From positions 115,051 to 179,050 of the forward strand of contig CAWJAN010000001.1 of assembly GCA_963840885.1 (NCBI GenBank): a stretch of 64,000 nucleotides of DNA, written 5' to 3'. The position numbers and the translations under genes are program-made. Positions 57,471 through 64,000 of the stretch are shown here, piece after piece. Position 1 is the stretch's first letter. The number at the start of each line of letters is the position of its first letter. Below the pieces are notes generated by a model. The model saw only the letters and a program-made list of their open reading frames with translations, did no database searches and was not told the origin of the DNA. This DNA is from an uncultured bacterium. Its GTDB lineage: Bacteria > Patescibacteriota > Minisyncoccia > Phycocordibacterales > GWA1-40-21.

Positions 57471-57891
57471 CCCGAAACAGATATCTACTTTTTCTTTCTG
57501 CATGAAATTCTGGAAACTACGGAGATGTATTATAATGGCGTTCCAATTCTGGATAACGAGGGTCACCAACGTTGATATTGTGTGTAAAAATTCAATAATA
57601 CCTTGCAACTAAGCCACCCTTAAGGGGTTCCAAATCCAATTTTTCAAAAAGAGATTATTTAATTCTCTTAGTGATTAAAGGATACCCCTTCGGGGATTGG
57701 AACCGATAGCTAACTAAGGAGGATTGGAACTACTATTTTTTGATGTTAAACATCAGACCTTCTTTTTCAGAAAAAGGTTGCAAGATCGCAGTATTCAACT
57801 CCCTGTTCTTTACATAACGGAGGTATTTTTGGCTTGTTTTGATTGCAATCTGGTATCTCATATGTAACAAGAATACATTTGTGGATATATG

Positions 57892-59046
57892 CTACCGCAA
57901 CCGCAAATGTGTCGGCGCTATAAACTTTTGGATCTTTATACTCAGAAATTTGAGGGTATTTATAGACCATGTTCTCTGAGTTTCAAGATAATCTCTATAA
58001 AGGCCAATTAAATTTAATCTGAAAATATCATCGTTTTCTGGTTTAAATCTTGAAATTATGGATTCAAAAACATCATAAAGAAAAATACCTGTTTTCTCAC
58101 GTAATTTTTTGCTTTTATCCTTCGTTCTCACACCCCAACTGTAATTCCAACCAATACTAGACAAAGCTTTTAAAAGTAAATTACGATTCTCTTGTTCAAA
58201 TTCACTCTCAAAAAACCTTTTTATATTCTCAAAAAATGCAAAAATAAGATCATCATTATAATCAAGTTTTTTCTCATAACCCTCCTGGTTGTGAGCCATG
58301 TTCGCTCTGTGAATAAGTTCAAAATAATGACCGGCAAGTTTAATAAATGAAATTTTTCCATCAATACCAAGACCATTAAAACTGATTTCCTCAAATAGAA
58401 AATGAGAATGGTCAATTTCAGGATGCTTAACAAAAAGTTCGTCTAGATAAAATGACGAATTTGGATATATATGTTCATCTAGATAACCATTAAGGAATGA
58501 TTTCTGATTGTTCAAAGACAAGACAAAAAGATTGTTTGTGAATTGATTGATATGACGTAGTTTTTCCAAGGGAGTAGTTTTTATTTTTTTGAAGCCAAAT
58601 TCTAAAGTTTTTTCAAAAAGAAAAGCATGCTCAGAAAATAATGTTAATAATAAATTACTTCTGAAATAAGTAATAAAAACGGTCCTGGCATCATTATTTT
58701 CCAAAGAAAACTCTAAAAGAGAATCGTAAAAATAAACTATGTCGCCAAGATATTTCAGTACATCTTCCCCGTTTTTTTGTGTAAGTAATTTATTCAAATC
58801 TATAATAAAAAGTTTGATGTTGTACTTATTAAATTTTTTGAATGGTATAAATACAACAGAAGCATAAATAGTTATAGAACCTAACATGAAAATTCCACCC
58901 GTTATTTGGAGAAGAAATGGCTGAAAAATTTGAGTAAATTCAGCTAATAGAGTTGCTAGGACACTTGCTATACAAAAATAAATTGCAATAGAAACTGATA
59001 TTTTTCTAAGTTTAAATCGTAAACCAAGTCGCGTATCAAGCGACAA
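57892..59046 (-). CDS. AT-rich membrane protein (two N-terminal TM helices plus cytoplasmic domain), unknown; likely horizontally acquired
   Basis: 384-aa ORF with markedly lower GC than the rest of the window. N-terminal TM pair. No recognisable catalytic motif. A 67-aa ORF at 57767-57970 overlaps its 3' end in another frame. Confidence 0.5.
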   Translation of the reverse strand: MSLDTRLGLRFKLRKISVSIAIYFCIASVLATLLAEFTQIFQPFLLQITGGIFMLGSITIYASVVFIPFKKFNKYNIKLFIIDLNKLLTQKNGEDVLKYLGDIVYFYDSLLEFSLENNDARTVFITYFRSNLLLTLFSEHAFLFEKTLEFGFKKIKTTPLEKLRHINQFTNNLFVLSLNNQKSFLNGYLDEHIYPNSSFYLDELFVKHPEIDHSHFLFEEISFNGLGIDGKISFIKLAGHYFELIHRANMAHNQEGYEKKLDYNDDLIFAFFENIKRFFESEFEQENRNLLLKALSSIGWNYSWGVRTKDKSKKLREKTGIFLYDVFESIISRFKPENDDIFRLNLIGLYRDYLETQRTWSINTLKFLSIKIQKFIAPTHLRLR

Positions 59047-59099
59047 ACCGATAAGGGAAACTAAAATGGAGATTGCAGTTATAGCGACACCTAAATTAA

Positions 59100-59640
59100 A
59101 AGAAGAGACCGTTTCTTGTATTATTTTAATGCCCTAATTCAAAATCTTTTAATAATTCAAGATATTTGGCTTTTATATGTCGCTCTACCCAATTATCTGA
59201 AAGCTGACTTATTTCGCCGTTACTGCTGACAATTGAACTGCATGGCGCAAAATAAGAATCCCGAGTTGGTGTTGCGATAGAATAACCATGAAGGATCCGC
59301 ATGTTTTCATGAGTCTGTTCTAGACAATTTCCTTTATTTCCTTCGGATGCAAACTTGATGCTATATTTTACCTCTACAGATAGAAAACGTTCAACTTTCC
59401 ATCAGTTTTCTTTATCAATAAGAATGAAGTCGGGGGCATTTCTGAATATTGATTTAACGACTTTTTTAACTTCTACCGAAGTTTTGATATTGGGCTAACT
59501 CAGGAAGTGTGTATTCATAAGCAAAACGAAGTATGGTAAATTTCCCAACATCTCTGAACATAAGTGCGAAGATTAGTTCAGCGACTTTCCCTTTGATAAG
59601 GTCATGCGAAAATTTTTCAGTAGATTCCATTTATTTAGTA
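59100..59640 (-). pseudogene. frameshifted PD-(D/E)xK-type nuclease-like gene
   Basis: The minus strand reads MESTEKFSHDLIKGKVAELIFALMFRDVGKFTILRFAYEYTLPELAQ.., then a stop, and then in other frames ..PDFILIDKEN.. and WKVERFLSVEVKYSIKFASEGNKGN.... The D..E.K spacing (PDFILID...VEVKY) fits a restriction-endonuclease-like core. At least two frame breaks are present. Confidence 0.4.
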
Positions 59641-59674
59641 ATTTAAAGTCCAATAGCTTTAATTTTCTCGTCAA

Positions 59675-60341
59675 TTATAGCTGAACCTTTTGATTCCCGA
59701 GGAAATGAACCATCCTTATTGAAAAGGAAATTTCATGAGATGGGTGATTAACTTTCTTTGGAAATAGGGATGTAATTTTTTCAATATCAGTAAATGGTGC
59801 CACTTCTAACTTTTCTCCTGCAACTGCTGAAGTATGGCGACCAGAGGAGAGTGACCCCGTATTTGGGTTTTCCTCTATAAGTTTTCCCATTTCCGTGGCA
59901 GCTAACTGCCAATAGGTAGTAAGGGCTATTTCGTGTTCAGTGATAGACCCTTCATGAAATTTTTCGAGATGTTCTAATAACTCTTTCGTAGCATTCCAGA
60001 GAGAATCGTATTTCATTGATCCATCAGAGCTGAATCAATTCGTTGTCGATTCGACTCTACCATGAGAAAAAACATAACCTTTAACGAAAGGAATTCCATT
60101 TTTTACATCTAATTCAAATACTTGGATCCAACTGTCATCGATTTTTCCAAATAGGTGAGGATAATCGTTTAAACATTTTGCTTTCTGAGTTTCTCAGTGC
60201 TCGCGATTCAGCAGATGCAAACTCGTCTACGTGTAGCAATTGCGTTCTTTCTCGTCGTCTTTCTGACGATAAATACGATACGACCGTACCCACTTCAAGC
60301 GTATGCATGCGCCACAACAAAGGACTATAAGTGTTGTCCAA
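59675..60341 (-). pseudogene. fragments of a second decayed gene (ORFs 59675-60016 and 60135-60341)
   Basis: Contiguous minus-strand ORF fragments are separated by stops and frameshifts. No family recognised. Confidence 0.3.
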
Positions 60342-60644
60342 GTTCGACGGAGGATTTATGTCCTATTAGTTCAATTATAAGTTTTTTCGTAGAAAAATCG
60401 CAAATGTTGTCTATGTAGAATTGCAATACGGGATTAGACTGTTCTGACAAAGGTTACCAAGTTTGGTAACTTTCGACCCCTTGGCAAAAATTTCTTCAGG
60501 AGTATAGATCCAAATGAAGGAAGATATTTAGTCAACCAGTTTTTGGCAGGTCATTATCCTCATGTTTCTCAGAATCTTTAAAATGTAAAAAGTTTTTGAC
60601 CTGTCTCCAAATCTGGTTCCAATTTTCTAAACAGAGTGTCACCA

Positions 60645-61826
60645 ATGAGAATACTTGGAATTGAAACTTCGTGCGACGAAACTGCCGTCTGTATCATTGA
60701 AACGGGCGGCGATTTTCCTGAATCAAAAATAAAAATCCTGGGAAATGAGCTGTATTCTCAGATTGCCTTGCATGCGCAATATGGCGGAGTCTTCCCTAAT
60801 CTTGCAAAAAGAGAACATGAGAAAAATCTTGTTCCCCTGCTTTTGAAATGCCTTGAAGAAGCCGGCTTACTTAAACTGAATACCGACGCTTTGGTCGGGA
60901 CTACGACCAAAAGCGTCGGAGAAATAAAAGAAATGCTTTCCCATGAAAAAGAGCTTTTTGAAGCTCTTCAAAAAGAAGTTTTCAAAATCGGCAAGCCTGA
61001 AATAGATCTTATTGCCGTCACAAACGGCCCTGGCCTTGAGCCGGCGCTATGGGTCGGAGTAAATTTTGCAAAAGCATTGTCGCAGATATGGGGCATTCCA
61101 GTTATGCCCGTAAACCATATGGAAGGACACATTGTGGTTGCAGCGCTTGAACAAATAAAAAAAACTGAATATGAAATGAGGGCTGTAAACTTTCCAGCGA
61201 TGGCGCTTCTAATAAGCGGCGGTCATACGCAGCTTGTTCTTGTGAAAGATTGGCTTCATTACGAAATAGTCGGCAATACCAAAGACGATGCGGTCGGCGA
61301 AGCTTTCGACAAAGTCGCTCGTATTCTCGGGCTTCCTTATCCGGGCGGACCTGAAATATCAAAGCTTGCGGAAAAAGAAAGGACTGAATATACCGGCAAA
61401 AAAACTCCCTATCCGCTGACAAGGCCGATGATTCACTCAAAGGATCTTAATTTTTCTTTTTCCGGAATAAAGACAGCTGTTCTTTATCTGACAAAAAAGA
61501 TTCCGGATATGACGGATGTAATAAGGCAAGAAATCGCAAAAGAGTTCGAAGATGCCGTAACGGAAATACTTGTAAAAAAAACAAGTGAAGCTGCGGAAGA
61601 ATATAATGCCAAAACAATAATCCTAGGCGGAGGAGTGAGCGCAAACAAAAAAATAAGGGCTGATTTTATAGCTCTTGCCGGAGAATTAGGCTTAAATCTC
61701 ATGATACCTGAAATAAGTGCTTCCACCGACAATGCCCTCATGATAGCCGTTGCCGGATATTTTAACGCCAAAAATGGCAAAAAAACGTCTTCAGACTTCG
61801 AAGCTGACGGTAATTTGTCTTTATAA
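60645..61826 (+). CDS. tsaD: tRNA N6-adenosine threonylcarbamoyltransferase TsaD (Kae1/YgjD family)
   Basis: MRILGIETSCDETAVCI, metal-binding HMEGHI, and the ASKH-fold C-terminal half are present. A GTG at 60636 is a possible alternative start. Confidence 0.9.
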   Translation: MRILGIETSCDETAVCIIETGGDFPESKIKILGNELYSQIALHAQYGGVFPNLAKREHEKNLVPLLLKCLEEAGLLKLNTDALVGTTTKSVGEIKEMLSHEKELFEALQKEVFKIGKPEIDLIAVTNGPGLEPALWVGVNFAKALSQIWGIPVMPVNHMEGHIVVAALEQIKKTEYEMRAVNFPAMALLISGGHTQLVLVKDWLHYEIVGNTKDDAVGEAFDKVARILGLPYPGGPEISKLAEKERTEYTGKKTPYPLTRPMIHSKDLNFSFSGIKTAVLYLTKKIPDMTDVIRQEIAKEFEDAVTEILVKKTSEAAEEYNAKTIILGGGVSANKKIRADFIALAGELGLNLMIPEISASTDNALMIAVAGYFNAKNGKKTSSDFEADGNLSL

Positions 61827-61849
61827 CCTGGCACTTGATTTTTTTCTTG

Positions 61850-62031
61850 CCATCAATTATGATACTGGCAGACAGACATCGAACCGGGGTCTTTGGCTGG
61901 AGACCCGGAAGAGGATAGCCCACACTTCCCTCTTTCAACGACAAAACGGCAAGAGCCCGTTGAGTTTTCTTTCAGGGAGAAAACGCAACCTAGCGCTCGG
62001 GGCCCTACCGACTCGGAGGGCCCTTTTTTAT
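61850..62031 (+). ncRNA. candidate small ncRNA (about 180 nt) with its own terminator, possibly SRP RNA-like
   Basis: ORF-free and structured: hairpin GTTG-AGTTTTC..GAGAAAAC-GCAAC, and a GGAA-tetraloop hairpin CCCGGAAGAGGATAGCC resembling SRP RNA helix 8 (GUCCGGAAGGAAGCAGCC). It ends with the terminator ggggccct-accgactcgg-agggccc-TTTTTTA at 61998-62031. Confidence 0.3.
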
Positions 62032-62088
62032 TGCGACAGAATATAAAAATATTTCCAAAAAACATTATTTTTGCTAATATAAGCTGAA

Positions 62089-64000
62089 ATGAATGAAAAG
62101 TTTTTAAAGCCGTACGACCCGAAAGAAACTGAACCGAGAATATACAAAACCTGGGAAAATTCAGGATTTTTTAATCCTGACAATCTTCCAAAAAGTCATA
62201 AGGAAAAATATTCGATAATAATGCCTCCTCCGAATGCAACCGGCGTGCTTCATATGGGCCATGCTCTTGGAATGACCATTGAAGATCTTATGATCCGTTA
62301 TCAAAGAATGCGCGGCAAAAAAGCACTCTGGCTGCCAGGCACTGACCATGCAGCTATGGCCACTCAGTCAAAAGTCGAAAAAGACATAAGAAAAAAAGAA
62401 AATAAATCCAGATACGATCTCGGCCGCGAAGAGCTTCTGAGAAGGATAGACGAATTCGTCGAAGGAAGCAGAAATACCATGACTTCCCAGATGAGGATTA
62501 TGGGTGCGTCTTGCGACTGGTCGCGGGAAGCTTTCACGCTGGATGAAAAAAGAAGCTTTGCTGTCCGCACTGTTTTCAAAAAAATGTACGATGACGGGCT
62601 TATTTACCGCGGATACAGGATAGTGAACTGGGATCCTAAAGGCCAGACGACTATTTCCGACGACGAGATAGACCACGAGGAACGAGACGCAAAAATGTAT
62701 ACCTTCAAATACTCTAAAGACTTCCCTATTTCCATTTCAACAACAAGGCCGGAAACGAAAGTCGGCGATGTCGCCGTTGCGGTCCATCCTGAAGATCCGA
62801 GATACGAAAAATTCGTAGGAAAGGAATATGACGCCGTTTTCTGCTCCGTTCCCATACACATAAAAATTATTGCCGATAAGGAAGTGGACAAGGATTTCGG
62901 CACGGGCGCTCTTGGCGTCACTCCTGCGCATAGCATGATCGACTGGGAGATGGCTGAGAGGCATGATCTTCCTAAAGATAAAATAGTAATAGATGAAAGA
63001 GCAAGGATGACGGTCGGAGATGAAAATATAAAGGAAAAGAAAACGACTGAAGCGAGAGAAGCCGTAGTCGAATGGCTTAAAAAAGAAGGGCTGCTGGAGA
63101 AGGAGGAAACAATAAAGCAGAATGTTTCGCTTTCGGACAGGACGGGGGCCTTGGTTGAACCGCTTCCAAAGCTTCAATGGTTTATCGGGGTTAACAAGCC
63201 TTTCAAGATTGAACACTCGGAAATACAAGGCATAAAATCAGGGCAAGAAACTACGCTGAAAGATATGATGAAAAACTCCGTGGAAAGCGGGCAGATTAAG
63301 ATAATTCCAGATTATTTTTCAAAAACTTATTTCCATTGGGTGAATAATCTGCGCGACTGGTGCATTTCTAGGCAAATCTGGTATGGACACAGGATTCCAG
63401 TCTGGTATAAGGGCGATTCTATTTATTGCGGAATTGAAGCTCCAAAAGGCGACGGCTGGACTCAAGACGAGGATACTTTGGATACCTGGTTTTCTTCCGC
63501 TCTTTGGACATTCTCCACGCTCGGCTGGCCGGAAAAAACCGAAGACCTGAAAATCTATCATCCCACTGATGTTATGGAAACAGGCTATGATATTTTGCCT
63601 ATCTGGGTGGCAAAAATGATACTGATGACGAATTATAATCTTGGCACTATACCCTTCAGCAAAGTCTATCTTCATGGCATAGTCCGCGATTCAAAAGGCA
63701 GAAAAATGTCCAAATCCCTGGATAACAATGTCGATCCCATAGATGTGGTGAATAAATTTGGCGCCGATGCCGCAAGAATGGCGCTCATCGTCGGCAATAC
63801 TCCGGGCACGGATTCAAAATGGTCGGAAGACAAAGTAAAGGGATATAAAAATTTTGCCAATAAGATATGGAATATATCCAGATTCGTGCTCGAATCGGCC
63901 ACTGATGAAAAATTTGACGAGAAATTCAGCGCATACTCTGATAACGATTCCAAGCTCGTAAAAGAAAGGGATGATTTTATTTCGGATGTAACCAAAGACA
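62089..64000 (+). CDS. valS: valyl-tRNA synthetase, N-terminal about 637 aa; the gene continues beyond the window end
   Basis: MNEKFLKPYDP..IIMPPPNATGVLHMGHALG carries the class I HIGH motif. The editing domain and the KMSKS motif (GRKMSKSLDNNVDP at about 63700) are present. The ORF is open at position 64000. Confidence 0.9.
   Translation, partial: MNEKFLKPYDPKETEPRIYKTWENSGFFNPDNLPKSHKEKYSIIMPPPNATGVLHMGHALGMTIEDLMIRYQRMRGKKALWLPGTDHAAMATQSKVEKDIRKKENKSRYDLGREELLRRIDEFVEGSRNTMTSQMRIMGASCDWSREAFTLDEKRSFAVRTVFKKMYDDGLIYRGYRIVNWDPKGQTTISDDEIDHEERDAKMYTFKYSKDFPISISTTRPETKVGDVAVAVHPEDPRYEKFVGKEYDAVFCSVPIHIKIIADKEVDKDFGTGALGVTPAHSMIDWEMAERHDLPKDKIVIDERARMTVGDENIKEKKTTEAREAVVEWLKKEGLLEKEETIKQNVSLSDRTGALVEPLPKLQWFIGVNKPFKIEHSEIQGIKSGQETTLKDMMKNSVESGQIKIIPDYFSKTYFHWVNNLRDWCISRQIWYGHRIPVWYKGDSIYCGIEAPKGDGWTQDEDTLDTWFSSALWTFSTLGWPEKTEDLKIYHPTDVMETGYDILPIWVAKMILMTNYNLGTIPFSKVYLHGIVRDSKGRKMSKSLDNNVDPIDVVNKFGADAARMALIVGNTPGTDSKWSEDKVKGYKNFANKIWNISRFVLESATDEKFDEKFSAYSDNDSKLVKERDDFISDVTKD

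Noticed and set aside
61850-61940. tRNA-like T-arm motif (ggttcgatg on the minus strand, gacatcgaacc on the plus strand)
   Set aside because: No complementary acceptor or anticodon stems could be drawn on either strand, so it is not called as a tRNA.

Overview
This 64-kb window looks like a small-genome, Patescibacteria/CPR-like bacterium with the standard genetic code; ORFs close on TAA, TGA and TAG. Housekeeping genes flank the window on both sides. I recognise serS (partial), dprA, topA, a short RelA/SpoT-family rel gene, parB, miaA, rpmG, murJ, gyrA, rpsA, pth, lepB, rpsU, ybeY, ftsA, ftsZ, trxB, a Nudix hydrolase, an ABC-2 exporter pair, tsaD and valS (partial). RNA genes I can support are tRNA-Leu(CAA), tRNA-Trp(CCA), tRNA-Val(GAC), tRNA-Ser(CGA), tRNA-Glu(UUC) and a minus-strand RNase P RNA. 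Several clean rho-independent, mostly bidirectional, terminators are visible. The centre of the window (about 12.8-40.3 kb) is a single co-oriented minus-strand block that looks like a cell-surface/attachment super-locus. It holds five tandem paralogous small proteins with a signal peptide and two TM helices, reminiscent of TrbC/VirB2 pilins. Next come a membrane-anchored solute-binding-like protein and a SAM methyltransferase. Then there are two translationally coupled cohesin-like membrane proteins and an FN3 protein carrying a C-terminal dockerin. The block ends with three giant secreted proteins of 2394, 998 and about 3038 aa. These share modules, contain poly-Gly tracts and a LamG-like domain, and the largest carries roughly 4.8 kb of near-perfect nested tandem repeats (117-nt, 360-nt and about 1.5-kb units). 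A second region of interest lies downstream of the tRNA-Ser/tRNA-Glu cluster (about 55.0-60.6 kb). It shows direct repeats of tRNA ends, degraded defence-type genes (DUF4145-like, a disrupted DUF4238-like gene, a PD-(D/E)xK nuclease pseudogene) and an AT-rich membrane-protein gene. It also contains an ORF-free, structure-rich segment of about 580 nt that ends in a strong intrinsic terminator and may be a large ncRNA. A second small ncRNA candidate with its own terminator lies between tsaD and valS. All functional calls are from sequence motifs I recognise by eye. No database search was run.
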